A stretch of DNA of 64,000 nucleotides. Source: Caldisericia bacterium. GTDB lineage: Bacteria > Caldisericota > Caldisericia > JAAYUI01. Positions 10,400-20,276 of this stretch are shown piece by piece. Position numbers and translations under genes: made by a program. The notes under the pieces are model-generated. The model saw only the letters and a program-made list of their open reading frames with translations, ran no database searches and was not told the origin of the DNA. Location: assembly GCA_963674785.1 (NCBI GenBank), contig OY771555.1, forward strand, positions 1,280,001 to 1,344,000, given 5' to 3'. How positions within the stretch are numbered: position 1 is the first letter of the stretch; each line of letters starts with the position of its first letter.

Positions 10400-11502
10400 T
10401 GACTACCAATTTTTGTAACTAGATTTATCATCCAGTTAGCAGTTTGTTCTAGATGTTCAATTTTAATATACTCGTCAAGTCCGTGAGGATTGGTCATTCC
10501 GGTGCTCACAACAACAGCGGTTTTTCCTCCAGCATTGAAGACATTTCCAACTGATCCACCACCGCTTATATCGAATCTAGTCTCGATTCCCGCATCCTTT
10601 GCTGCAGATGCGACAAGTGATGGGAGTCTGTCTTCAGGCTTGAATCTAAAGCCCTTCAGATAATTCACGGTTTCAAGTTCAAATGATGCACCGACTTCAT
10701 TGCAGGCTCTTTCTATTTCTGAGATAATGTGTTCTCGGTGTGAGATAAAGGTTTCCTCAGAAATTGATCTTACCTCAAATTGGAATGAGCAGAAATCTGG
10801 AACGATGTTGAATGACTTTCCGCCCTCAATTGTACCAACGTTTGATGTAGTTTCTTTGTCGATCCTTCCAAGCCTCATGTTTGAAATTGCTTTTGATGCT
10901 GCAATAATTGCAGATACACCTTTTTCAGGAGCAATCCCTGCATGAGATGCTTTTCCCATGATATTTACTCTTGTAACCTTCATGTGTGGTGCTGCAAGAA
11001 TAACGATTCCGGGTGCACCATTTGTATCAAGTACTATTGTGTAGTCACTCTCGAGTTTGCTTGTATCAAACTGGGATGCACCTCTTAGTCCGACTTCTTC
11101 TTGAACATCAAATACGACTTCAATCTGTGGTCTTGGTTTGTCTTTAAAGTATTCAAGGGTTTCAAGGATTGCAGCCACACCGGATTTATCATCTGCACCA
11201 AGGATGGTTGTCCCATCGCTGGTTATGATACCATCTTTTATCTGAGGTTTTACACCTTTTCCTGGAACAACAGTATCCATGTGGGCAGAAAGTGCTATCG
11301 ATCCGGGAAGAGTACCCTTCATTTTAGCGGATAGATTTCCAACATCTGAACCAATCTTTGCTCCGGTATCGTCAATTTCATACTCCATGCCCAGATTTGA
11401 AAGACGGGTCACGAGGTAATCAGCTACCGCCTTTTCGTGACCCGATTCAGAATCTATCTGGACTAGCTGGAGAAAAGTCTCAAGCAGTCTCTCTTTGTTC
11501 AT
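10396..11502 (-). CDS. M20 family peptidase T-like metallopeptidase
   Basis: SAHMDTV, LGADDKSG, QEEVGLRGA, HAG motifs. Confidence 0.9.
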   Translation of the reverse strand: MNKERLLETFLQLVQIDSESGHEKAVADYLVTRLSNLGMEYEIDDTGAKIGSDVGNLSAKMKGTLPGSIALSAHMDTVVPGKGVKPQIKDGIITSDGTTILGADDKSGVAAILETLEYFKDKPRPQIEVVFDVQEEVGLRGASQFDTSKLESDYTIVLDTNGAPGIVILAAPHMKVTRVNIMGKASHAGIAPEKGVSAIIAASKAISNMRLGRIDKETTSNVGTIEGGKSFNIVPDFCSFQFEVRSISEETFISHREHIISEIERACNEVGASFELETVNYLKGFRFKPEDRLPSLVASAAKDAGIETRFDISGGGSVGNVFNAGGKTAVVVSTGMTNPHGLDEYIKIEHLEQTANWMINLVTKIGSQ

Positions 11503-12042
11503 TTATCCCTCGAAGTTATATCCGGCCTCTAATGCTTTTATGTTGACATCAAAGAATTTGGCTTTTTTCTCGCCAAGATAATCTTTAATCGCCTGTTTTG
11601 TCGATTCAAGTGTTGCAGCTTTTGATTTTGCCATGAGTGCACCGAGAAGAACAACATTTGTTGCTTTTGACATAGCTACTTCTTCTGCTATCTCACTTGC
11701 ATTGATATAGACAACGTTGATGTCTGTTCGGTTACTCTTCTCTTTGATGAGTGATGAGTTGATAATGAGTGTTCCACCTGGCTTTACGAGTGGCTCGAAC
11801 ATTGAGTATGATGGGGCATTGAAAACAACAACATTTTCTGGATTAGGTAAAACTGGGGATCCGATTTCTTCATCAGAGGTAATGACTGTACAGTTTGCGG
11901 TACCACCACGCATAGCAGGACCGTATGATGGAAGGAATGTCGCGTATTTTCCTTCGATTACACCACTGTCTGCGAAGAGTTTACCAAGCATCATGACACC
12001 CTGTCCGCCGAAACCAGCAGCAATAAGTTCACTTTTTGCCAT
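11503..12042 (-). CDS. 2-oxoacid:acceptor oxidoreductase gamma subunit
   Basis: AGFGGQGV...PSYGPAMRGGTANC. Confidence 0.92.
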   Translation of the reverse strand: MAKSELIAAGFGGQGVMMLGKLFADSGVIEGKYATFLPSYGPAMRGGTANCTVITSDEEIGSPVLPNPENVVVFNAPSYSMFEPLVKPGGTLIINSSLIKEKSNRTDINVVYINASEIAEEVAMSKATNVVLLGALMAKSKAATLESTKQAIKDYLGEKKAKFFDVNIKALEAGYNFEG

Positions 12043-12794
12043 TATTCCAATCCCTCCACGACCTTAAACTCACCTGTTGGGTAATACTTGATTGTTTCTT
12101 CTTTTACTCTCTTGATTGAGTCGACCGGAGTCATACCCCAGTTTGTTGGACAAGTAGAAAGAACTTCAACGAGTGAGTATCCAAGCCCATTCATCTGAGC
12201 AGTGAAAGCCTTCTTGATAGCTTTCTTTGTCTTTTTGATTCCTGGGATTGTGGTTGCATCTGTTCTTGCGATGTATGCAGGACCATTGAGTTGTGAAAGC
12301 ATCTCACAAACTTTAAGAGGGAAACCGTGGGTATCTGCGTTTCTTCCAAATGGTGATGTTGTTGCTTTGTGACCCATGAGAGTACATGGAGACATCTGAC
12401 CACCGGTCATTCCGTAGATTCCATTGTTGACCATAATTGAGGTGATTTTCTCGCCTCTGGCAGCAGCATGAACCATCTCGGCAGCACCGATTGATGCAAA
12501 GTCACCATCACCCTGATATGTGAAGACAACTCTATCTGGGAGAGCTCTTTTTGCACCAGTTGCAACTGCACATGCTCTTCCATGGGCAGCCTGCATTGTG
12601 TCAAAGTTGAAAGTATTGTTCGTTGCGAGAGTTGAGCATCCTACTGGAAGAACGATGATCGATTTTTCCATGATGTCCATCTCTTCAATAACCTCAGAAA
12701 CGAGTCTATGGATAATTCCGTGTGGACAACCAGGGCAGTATGGGATTGGATTTTCGCTAAGTGGTTTTGGGTAATGTGTTATCTGTTCCATCAT
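12042..12794 (-). CDS. 2-oxoacid:acceptor oxidoreductase beta (TPP-binding) subunit
   Basis: YCPGCPHG, YQGDGD, NNGIYGMTGGQ, CPTNW. Confidence 0.92.
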   Translation of the reverse strand: MMEQITHYPKPLSENPIPYCPGCPHGIIHRLVSEVIEEMDIMEKSIIVLPVGCSTLATNNTFNFDTMQAAHGRACAVATGAKRALPDRVVFTYQGDGDFASIGAAEMVHAAARGEKITSIMVNNGIYGMTGGQMSPCTLMGHKATTSPFGRNADTHGFPLKVCEMLSQLNGPAYIARTDATTIPGIKKTKKAIKKAFTAQMNGLGYSLVEVLSTCPTNWGMTPVDSIKRVKEETIKYYPTGEFKVVEGLE

Positions 12795-13879
12795 ACACCT
12801 CCTGTTGGAACATCTTCACCGTTAATGTGTCTGGTCATGATGTCTTCAAGCTCATCTGATGATGGGACAACTCCACCCTGTCTTCCGTAGAATTTGACTG
12901 GTTTTTTGCAACTTGTTGAAAGCTTGACATCTTCAAGCATCTGACCAAATGAGAGCTCAACATCTAGGAAGAACTTCACTGAGTCCTTGTTTGCAAGATC
13001 TGAAAGAACCTTTGTTGGGAATGGCCAAAGTGTGATTGGTCTTACGAGTCCGACTTTGTGTCCTTTTTCTCTCATGGATTTCATTACGGTCTTGATGATT
13101 CTGGCAACTGTTCCGTATGCAACAAAAATGTATTCTGCATCTTCAGTACCAATTTCTTCAACCATGACTTCTTTATCAATGTCCACAAATTTGTCCATCA
13201 TCCTGTGGTTCATCTTCTCAAGTTCTTCTGGAAGAATCTCAAATGAATTGATGACGTTCTTTTTCCTCTTGCCCATCATTCCGTTTGCAGCCCATGGTTT
13301 CTCTGGGAGACTTGCTGGATCGATCATTTCTGGAAGTTCGATTGCTTCCATCATTTGACCAAGAAGCCCGTCTGAAAGAACGATTACAGGGTTTCTGTAT
13401 TTGTCAGCAAGATCAAATGCATTCTTCATGACATCAACATTTTCCTGGATTGTGGATGGTGCAAGAACTATGGTCTTGTAATCACCATGACCACCACCTT
13501 TTACTGCCTGGAAATAGTCACCCTGTGCTGGTGCAATGTCGCCAAGTCCTGGTCCTCCACGGACAACGTTGACGATGACGCATGGGAGTTCTGCTCCTGC
13601 GATGTAGGAAATTGCTTCGGTCATAAGTGAAATACCCGGTGATGAAGAGGTAGTGATAACTCTTTTACCAGCACCTGCGCATCCATAAAGCATGTTACTT
13701 GCGGCTACTTCTGACTCAGCTTGTGTAAATGAACCACCAACTTCTGGCAACCTTCTTGCCATGTATTCTGGTGCTTCGTTCTGGGGTGTGATTGGGTAAC
13801 CGAAGAAATGACGACACCCTGCTCTGATAGCAGCTTCAGCAATCGCCTCGGCTCCCTTCATAAGTACCTTTTCGCCCAT
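12791..13879 (-). CDS. vorB: 3-methyl-2-oxobutanoate (2-oxoisovalerate) oxidoreductase alpha-type subunit
   Basis: FFGYPITPQNE, QAESEVAA, TSSSPGISL, GGGHGDY. Confidence 0.88.
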   Translation of the reverse strand: MGEKVLMKGAEAIAEAAIRAGCRHFFGYPITPQNEAPEYMARRLPEVGGSFTQAESEVAASNMLYGCAGAGKRVITTSSSPGISLMTEAISYIAGAELPCVIVNVVRGGPGLGDIAPAQGDYFQAVKGGGHGDYKTIVLAPSTIQENVDVMKNAFDLADKYRNPVIVLSDGLLGQMMEAIELPEMIDPASLPEKPWAANGMMGKRKKNVINSFEILPEELEKMNHRMMDKFVDIDKEVMVEEIGTEDAEYIFVAYGTVARIIKTVMKSMREKGHKVGLVRPITLWPFPTKVLSDLANKDSVKFFLDVELSFGQMLEDVKLSTSCKKPVKFYGRQGGVVPSSDELEDIMTRHINGEDVPTGGV

Positions 13880-13891
13880 TATTACTCCTCT

Positions 13892-14941
13892 CTATTTTCC
13901 AGCAAATTCAAGTGTTGCTGGTTTCTCAGTGTATATATGCCCCTCACCCATCTGGTTATCAAATACTGACAGATGGAAGAGATAGTATGCATCTTCTTTT
14001 GGGTCATGAGCGAACTGTACCTGTCTTGCATCATTTGTGACAAGAGCTCTGCTCATTTCAACTGTCCACATCTTTGTGTCTTCATCGTAGGTTGCCATAC
14101 ATTTGATGTCTGGTGTTCCTTCAAGCTGAATGTAATATGGTGCAGTTGTTTCCACTGGCAATGAATTTAAGTTCTCTGGAACTGGCTTCATTGTTTCAAA
14201 TGTTCCAACCTGCTGAGGAACTGCCAATGGGATGTAAAGTGGGGATGCTACGTCTTTTTTGTTTGGAAGAAGTGAACCTGGAAGATAGATTATTGCAGAC
14301 TTAGTATCAAAAGTGTCTGCCTGATCATCAATTCCTGATCCAAGTGGACCAACGATGTGGTTTGTTGCAGCACCTGTGATAAATGTCTCGTGAGCATACC
14401 ATGTCCAGACATCAAGAAGCTCGCCCATATTTACGGAAGCCATGTAGTTTGGGCCACTGTGGCAAAGATTGTTGCAGCCTTCAGCATCGAATCCTTCGAT
14501 TGGAGTAACTTCAAATCCGATGGAGAGCATGTCCTGTCTTGGAAGTTTTGAACCGAATTTCCAGCTCTTGTTACCGTCTCGCTCTCTCATTTCCCACATT
14601 GTTCCAGCGAGATCCATTTTCTCGTCAGTCCATGTGAAAAGGAAGTATGCGTTGAAATCATCATATCCTGCTTTTGCAGTTATGACCATCTCTTCGTCCT
14701 CACTTGCAGCAGTTAATTCAATTGGGACTGCATCTAACCAGATGTCCTCAAGCTCTGAGGCGATTCCATCAATCTGGGGGGCAAGTGGTGCATAGTCTGC
14801 TGTTAATAACTCGGATGTTGGGGGTGCATCAAGTCTAGATGGAACATAGGAGCGAGAAGCTGGGAGTTTTACTCCACCACATCCAGCAATCAAACCCACA
14901 ACCACAACAATAGAGACAAAAGTAAGCAACGTTTTTTTCAT
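13892..14941 (-). CDS. Lipoprotein with ethylbenzene dehydrogenase gamma-like (DOMON heme-binding) domain
   Basis: Lipobox LIAGC; APQIDG...W...YFLFTWTD; CNNLCH; WTVEMSRAL; distal His in GEGH; SD AGGAGAG before ATG 14941. Confidence 0.65.
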   Translation of the reverse strand: MKKTLLTFVSIVVVVGLIAGCGGVKLPASRSYVPSRLDAPPTSELLTADYAPLAPQIDGIASELEDIWLDAVPIELTAASEDEEMVITAKAGYDDFNAYFLFTWTDEKMDLAGTMWEMRERDGNKSWKFGSKLPRQDMLSIGFEVTPIEGFDAEGCNNLCHSGPNYMASVNMGELLDVWTWYAHETFITGAATNHIVGPLGSGIDDQADTFDTKSAIIYLPGSLLPNKKDVASPLYIPLAVPQQVGTFETMKPVPENLNSLPVETTAPYYIQLEGTPDIKCMATYDEDTKMWTVEMSRALVTNDARQVQFAHDPKEDAYYLFHLSVFDNQMGEGHIYTEKPATLEFAGK

Positions 14942-15154
14942 TTTCTCTCCTTCTCTAGTCATATGAATTTTTATTATTTTCTGCCAAATTAAATCTCAGA
15001 TTGACGTTATTTATGCTTGAAAGGCTCACAGAGAGAATGTAACACTTGCTGTTTTTCTAGTCAAGGAATTTCGTTGCTTGATATTGTTAATAAAAAATTG
15101 TAGAAATCTAATTTTTATCCTGTTAAACTTACAGCTATTATGGAGGTTAAACAT

Positions 15155-16375
15155 ATGAGAAAAACAGTTCTTGTTCTTTTAGTTTTGTTTTTAGGTGTAT
15201 CCTTTTTTGGATGCGGAGAAGAAAAACAAATCACAACAACAGAAAGCAGTATTTGGAGTTTTGCTGGAAAAGACTCACTCAGATCAGGAAGAGCTGTTGG
15301 TGAGATTTTACCTCCTTTTGGAGCATTGTGGACAAAAAGGTTGGATGGATTGGGAATATCTTCATCATCAATATTAAAAGTAAAGATTGATGAGAGTGAA
15401 AGTGCAAGAAGAGAAGTTGTTTTTGTTTCAGGAGGAGAAAAAACAACTGCTGCGATGGTTGTTGAAACGGGCGAAACCCTTTGGCAGATAAATCTCCCTT
15501 CAAGGCCGCTTGCCCCTGTTGCCTCCGAAAACTCTGTTGTTTTTGTGACGATGGATGGTGTCATTCAGTGTGTCGATGCTGAAACGGGAAATCAGAATTG
15601 GGCGTTAAGGTATACAACCGAAGGAGAAAAGATTTCCTATGAGGTTGCTCAACCTGTTATATCTGGTGACAACGTTTTTTTTGGGTTTGGAAATGGATTG
15701 GTGCTTGGTCTAAACATCTCTGATGGAAAAGAGGTATGGAGAAAAAATCTAGGCGACAGGATTAACTCCTCACCAATTGTTGTTTCTGGAAAACTTATCG
15801 TCGCTGACTACTCAAAGGAAGTTGCAGCTTTCAGGTCATACAACGGTGAAGAAGTTTGGAAAACTGAGCTTTCAGAACCAGTCATTGCTCAGCTAGCATC
15901 TGATGGAAAAACTGTTTTTGTATCGGGAGTTTTTGGGACAATCTATGCAGTTGACGTTGAAATTGGAACAATTGTTTGGCAATCAAATATAGAAGATTCC
16001 GTTGTTAATGGATCGTGTCTTGTGGGAGATAGTCTTTTTGTTCCAACAACTTCTGGAAAAATTGTAAACGTAAATAAGCTGACAGGTGAAGTTATAAACA
16101 GTGTTCAATCTGATGTCCCATCAACAGGGGTTGTGAGTGCTGGAGACAATCTCCTTTTTGCTACAGAGACTGGAAAGCTGATGGTTGTAGACATCAAAGG
16201 TAACCAAATTTCAGAAGCATACAAGTTTGAAACATGGAAAGAAAATGTTTCTGGTCAGAGTTTTGGAGATATTTCTATATCTTCAGGAAAGGTGTTTGTC
16301 TCAGATGGGCAGAGCAAATTCTTCTGTTTGGTTCCAAAGGACATTGCAATAAACGCTCATTCTGTTGATAAATAG
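15155..16375 (+). CDS. PQQ-like (BamB-type) beta-propeller lipoprotein
   Basis: Lipobox FFGC; repeated D-x-x-TG-x-x-x-W motifs; SD GGAGG. Confidence 0.85.
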   Translation: MRKTVLVLLVLFLGVSFFGCGEEKQITTTESSIWSFAGKDSLRSGRAVGEILPPFGALWTKRLDGLGISSSSILKVKIDESESARREVVFVSGGEKTTAAMVVETGETLWQINLPSRPLAPVASENSVVFVTMDGVIQCVDAETGNQNWALRYTTEGEKISYEVAQPVISGDNVFFGFGNGLVLGLNISDGKEVWRKNLGDRINSSPIVVSGKLIVADYSKEVAAFRSYNGEEVWKTELSEPVIAQLASDGKTVFVSGVFGTIYAVDVEIGTIVWQSNIEDSVVNGSCLVGDSLFVPTTSGKIVNVNKLTGEVINSVQSDVPSTGVVSAGDNLLFATETGKLMVVDIKGNQISEAYKFETWKENVSGQSFGDISISSGKVFVSDGQSKFFCLVPKDIAINAHSVDK

Positions 16376-16388
16376 ACAGCTTTAAGAT

Positions 16389-17045
16389 TTACTCTCTAAG
16401 TTTAGTCAACTGTTCGATTTTCTGTCTATCTCCCATTGCGATAAGCAGGTCTTCATCCCGAAGGGGTTCGTATGGGTCAGGAGGGACGATTACCTCTCCA
16501 TCTCTTCTGATTGCCAGAATCTGGATTTGATGAATCTTTCTAAGGTCTAGTTCAGAGATACTTTTCCCTTTGAATTCACCTGGTATGATGAATTCAGAAA
16601 TGGCATATTCATCTGATATTTCAATATATTCAAGGAATCCTGAGCCAGTAATTCGCCCAGCAATTCTTGTTGCCATATCTTCCTCTGGAGAAAAAATATC
16701 ATTTGCTCCAAGTTTTTCTAAAACTCTTGCATGAACAGCGTTTTCAGCCCTTGAGATTATGTGAGAAATCCCCATTTCTCCAAGCATCTGGGTGATGAGA
16801 ATGTTTGCCTCAAGGTTTCTTGCAAAACCCACAACAGCGACCTCACATTGTCCAACAAGGGTATCCCTAAGTCCTGTTTCATCAAGTGATCTCTGAAGTG
16901 AAACCTGTGTGGCAACTCCCTCCATCGCTTTTACTTTTGCAGGATCAGTGTCTATTGCAAGAACAGAATAACCTTCCGCTTCGAGCTCTTCGCACAAAGC
17001 TCTCCCAAATCTTCCCAATCCAAACACTGCAACATCAAGACTCAT
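16389..17045 (-). CDS. ktrA: TrkA/KtrA potassium uptake NAD-binding subunit
   Basis: GLGRFG Rossmann motif; TrkA-C domain ILAIRR...PPDP. Confidence 0.88.
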   Translation of the reverse strand: MSLDVAVFGLGRFGRALCEELEAEGYSVLAIDTDPAKVKAMEGVATQVSLQRSLDETGLRDTLVGQCEVAVVGFARNLEANILITQMLGEMGISHIISRAENAVHARVLEKLGANDIFSPEEDMATRIAGRITGSGFLEYIEISDEYAISEFIIPGEFKGKSISELDLRKIHQIQILAIRRDGEVIVPPDPYEPLRDEDLLIAMGDRQKIEQLTKLRE

Positions 17046-17121
17046 CTTATTCTCCTCCTTGACTGTTTACATCATCCATCTAAGATAATGACTCAATGAA
17101 TCTAATTTTCAAGGAGAAACC

Positions 17122-17280
17122 ATGATTAGAGTAGTTATTAAAAAACCTAGAAAATGCGAAATCGATGATGAAAAGTGTCGTGAATGTCAGACACCATGCA
17201 AGTCTGCTGCAAAAACTGCAAACACAATTGGCAACCAATCCTGTGAAGAAAAACAGGAAGAAACACGCTGGATATTATAA
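17122..17280 (+). CDS. SCIFF-like ranthipeptide precursor, 52 aa, not in ORF track
   Basis: Hand translation MIRVVIKKPRKCEIDDEKCRECQTPCKSAAKTANTIGNQSCEEKQEETRWIL; SD AAGGAG; aligns to the SCIFF core CGECQTSCQSACKTSCTVxNQxC; directly upstream of a SPASM radical SAM. Confidence 0.85.
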   Translation: MIRVVIKKPRKCEIDDEKCRECQTPCKSAAKTANTIGNQSCEEKQEETRWIL

Positions 17281-18590
17281 ACTTTAAAAGACCTGGTATC
17301 ATTCATGTTTTTACCGTGAATGATACCAGTTTACTCTATGATACCTCAACTGGCTCACTTTTAGAGCTGGATGAGCATACAGCGATATCTGCAGAAAATA
17401 TTAGAAGTAGCACGGATTTAGCAAAAATTAATAACCCAAACATTCAAGCAGATTTTAAGTTGTTGTTTGATGATGGGGTTATTCTGTCGGATATTATTTT
17501 TCCAAAACCTCAAAAACTGAGACCAAAATCCCTTTGCTTAATTGTTTCACATGCCTGTGATATGAACTGTACATACTGCAGTTTGGCGGGAATTACAGGT
17601 GAAGACAAACTGATGAAACCTGAGGTCGCAAAAAAGGCTTTATCCTGGCTTGTTGATGCTTCACCTGGAAGAAAAATCGATATTGATTTCTTTGGGGGAG
17701 AACCCTTGCTTGCATGGGAAACCGTTGAACAAACAGTTTTGTTTGGTGAAAAACTCATGCAAGATAATGACAAACTCATCAGATGGTCACTTTCTACAAA
17801 CTGTCTTGGTCTTGATGATGAAAAGATAAAGTTTTGCAAAGACCATTATGTTTCATTGATCATGAGTCTTGATGGCACAAAAGAAAATCATGATAAGTAT
17901 CGAAAGCTGAAAAATGGGGATGGCTCGTTTGACAAGATTTTTCCTACAATAAAAAAGATCACAGAAAACTGGAATCAGGGATTTTATGTGCGCGGCACTT
18001 ATACAAAGGAAACCATTAATTTCTCAGATACGATCGTCGCTCTTCATAAGTTGGGGATAAAAAACCTCGCTTTTGAGCCGGTTGTCACTGGTGATAAAGA
18101 AATCGGATTTACATTAGATGATTTGCCAAGAATCCGTAATGAATATGAAAAACTCGCAAAATACTATGTCTCATGCAAGAGGAACAGCATTCCAATAAGG
18201 TTTTATCATTTTGAACTTAATCTCGATGGAGGGGTTTGTTCAAGAAAAAGTGCCGGTGGGTGTGGTGCTGGATGTGAATACATCTCAATTTCTCCAGAGG
18301 GTTCAATGTGGGTTTGTCATCAACTTGATGGAATTGATGAATATAAAATAGGCAGCCTTGATAATCCTCCGACAGAAAAGGTTTTTGATAGACTAAGTGA
18401 GATTAATCACATCACGAATAAGAATGAGTGTCCCGATTGTTGGGCAAGTTATTTGTGTGCGGGTGGGTGTATTGCAAGCAATGTTTTGTATGAAGGTGAT
18501 TTCGCAAGCCCATACAGAATTGGTTGCGAGATTCAAAAAATAAGACTCGAAACCGCTTTGTGGATTCAGTCGGAGTTATCAAAGGAATAG
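17268..18590 (+). CDS. SCIFF-type thioether-forming radical SAM/SPASM maturase
   Basis: CDMNCTYC, FFGGEPL, SLDG, YVRGT, GCGAG-x-EY, CPDCWASYLCAGGC; RRE-like N-terminus extends upstream of GTG 17316, start inferred at CTG 17268. Confidence 0.88.
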   Translation: MDIINFKRPGIIHVFTVNDTSLLYDTSTGSLLELDEHTAISAENIRSSTDLAKINNPNIQADFKLLFDDGVILSDIIFPKPQKLRPKSLCLIVSHACDMNCTYCSLAGITGEDKLMKPEVAKKALSWLVDASPGRKIDIDFFGGEPLLAWETVEQTVLFGEKLMQDNDKLIRWSLSTNCLGLDDEKIKFCKDHYVSLIMSLDGTKENHDKYRKLKNGDGSFDKIFPTIKKITENWNQGFYVRGTYTKETINFSDTIVALHKLGIKNLAFEPVVTGDKEIGFTLDDLPRIRNEYEKLAKYYVSCKRNSIPIRFYHFELNLDGGVCSRKSAGGCGAGCEYISISPEGSMWVCHQLDGIDEYKIGSLDNPPTEKVFDRLSEINHITNKNECPDCWASYLCAGGCIASNVLYEGDFASPYRIGCEIQKIRLETALWIQSELSKE

Positions 18591-18606
18591 TTTTTGGAGG
18601 TAATCG

Positions 18607-18957
18607 ATGGCGGTTTATCCGACTGATGATGAGATTATTCAAAAGTATTCTAAGGATTTATGTTTTGAGGACAGGAAATTGTTTATCGCTGAGTTTGAGT
18701 TACTAAAAAAATCAAATATTGTATACCTTGTTCTGATACTTTTTTTGGGAGGTCTTGGGATACATAAGTTTTACCTTGAACAAACTGGACTTGGAGTCCT
18801 TTATTTGCTGACAGGAGGAGTCTTAGGTTTTGGAACATTGTTTGACCTGTTTACATTTCTTTCTGCGACATATCACCATAATGATGCTCTTGCTTACAAG
18901 ATTTCACAGAAGTATACAGCAACTCTTCCATCTTCTGAGTATTCTCCCTGGGTTTAA
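18607..18957 (+). CDS. TM2 domain membrane protein
   Basis: LFLGGLGIHKFYL...GVLYLLTGG; SD GGAGG. Confidence 0.85.
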   Translation: MAVYPTDDEIIQKYSKDLCFEDRKLFIAEFELLKKSNIVYLVLILFLGGLGIHKFYLEQTGLGVLYLLTGGVLGFGTLFDLFTFLSATYHHNDALAYKISQKYTATLPSSEYSPWV

Positions 18958-18967
18958 AACTATTTGT

Positions 18968-19501
18968 CTATTGCCACTTAAAATAGAATTCTGAGTATGG
19001 GCTCTCCGGTCTTTTTTTTGTTCTTTCTGATTTTGTTGGCCAGTGTCCGTATCCTGCGATTATAGATTCGATGACACCCATCACATAAAAATCATTCATA
19101 AGATTTGTTGATCGGATAATAATCTCGTTGTTTTCAGATTTGATAAGCTCAACTTTACCATGGGATTCTTCGTTTGGGTTTCCAGAGTTTCCAAACATAT
19201 GTTCGACTACTCCTATACCCTTTTCAAGACTCTTATCATACCCCTTCACAAGATCAATTGCGTTTCCTTCGCCTTGCCAGCTTCGTTGCCATACTTTTCT
19301 GCCAAGTACCTTAATTCCAATCTCTCCAACGAAGCTTTCTAGTTTGTCGATATACGGAGTCATGCTTGTTTTGACAAATACTTCTTCGTCGTCTCTAAGT
19401 GTTTCGAAATCAAGACCCGATGCCTCTCTGCAAGCTTTCCTGTACCTATTTGCAACCATTGCATCTATCTCTTTCAAAAACTTTCCTCTTGTCTTTTCCA
19501 T
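18968..19501 (-). CDS. Hypothetical protein
   Basis: 177-aa ORF with its own consensus promoter; no recognised motif. Confidence 0.6.
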   Translation of the reverse strand: MEKTRGKFLKEIDAMVANRYRKACREASGLDFETLRDDEEVFVKTSMTPYIDKLESFVGEIGIKVLGRKVWQRSWQGEGNAIDLVKGYDKSLEKGIGVVEHMFGNSGNPNEESHGKVELIKSENNEIIIRSTNLMNDFYVMGVIESIIAGYGHWPTKSERTKKRPESPYSEFYFKWQ

Positions 19502-19507
19502 GTTAAG

Positions 19508-19536
19508 ATATTACTAAATTGGGTCTCTTTAGTCAA
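19508..19536 (-). promoter_or_regulatory. Leaderless-type sigma70 promoter
   Basis: TTGACT-N17-TAATAT-N6-ATG(19501); no SD. Confidence 0.6.
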
Positions 19537-19848
19537 ATCGATAAGATATAAAAATTTCAATTTTAGGGGAAGGTTGATTATTAATCTATAGAAATCATAC
19601 AATTATCATGTTCAAATCATTTTTTGTTATACTTTTGTTGAGTGGTAACTATCTTGCTCATGAATAAAAAGGTTGTCTAGCACTTGATTGGTTTTTGTGC
19701 AATTTAACTGTTCTGAATCTTACTCACAGTTGTTCTTTTTTTGGAAAACATCTCATTACGTTTTGACTTAAAAACGACATATTTTATTTTTTGTTAAATG
19801 TACAAAAAACGTAAATAAATCTTGTGTTTGTGGTATTTTTCTTGGCAT

Positions 19849-19878
19849 TTGACAGTTTTATTAATATCCAATTATAGT
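19849..19878 (+). promoter_or_regulatory. Putative sigma70 promoter of the second TM2 gene
   Basis: TTGACA-N18-TATAGT. Confidence 0.5.
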
Positions 19879-19951
19879 TCTTATTTGTGAAGTAACAGAG
19901 TTTTTTAGTTTTCTTCATAAAAATAAAATGCGTTGAAAAAGGAGAGATTAT

Positions 19952-20266
19952 ATGGCAGTTTATTTAAGTGATTCAGAGTTAATTGCTCAAAACTCGAGAG
20001 GTATGTATGAACAGAAGAAGCTTGTCTTTATTACTGAGTACAATGGTTCTAAGAAATCTGATACAATCAATTTCTTGCTCGTTTTTTTTCTAGGTTTTTT
20101 GGGTATTCATAAATTCTATTTGGGAAATGCTGGAATGGGTGTGCTTTACTTTTTAACATTTGGAATATTTGGATTTGGATCATTGTATGATTTGTTCACA
20201 TATAAGGCCGCAGTTTTTCATCACAATAAGGACTTAGCATCCAAGATTGCTTCAAAGTATCAGTAA
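19952..20266 (+). CDS. TM2 domain membrane protein (paralog of 18607..18957)
   Basis: FFLGFLGIHKFYLG...GVLYFLTFG; shared MAVY start; SD AGGAGAG. Confidence 0.85.
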   Translation: MAVYLSDSELIAQNSRGMYEQKKLVFITEYNGSKKSDTINFLLVFFLGFLGIHKFYLGNAGMGVLYFLTFGIFGFGSLYDLFTYKAAVFHHNKDLASKIASKYQ

Positions 20267-20276
20267 GTGGGAAATT

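Noticed and set aside
15155-16375. BamB or a PQQ-dependent dehydrogenase
   Set aside because: Only generic propeller repeats; no bamA context or recognisable dehydrogenase active-site features
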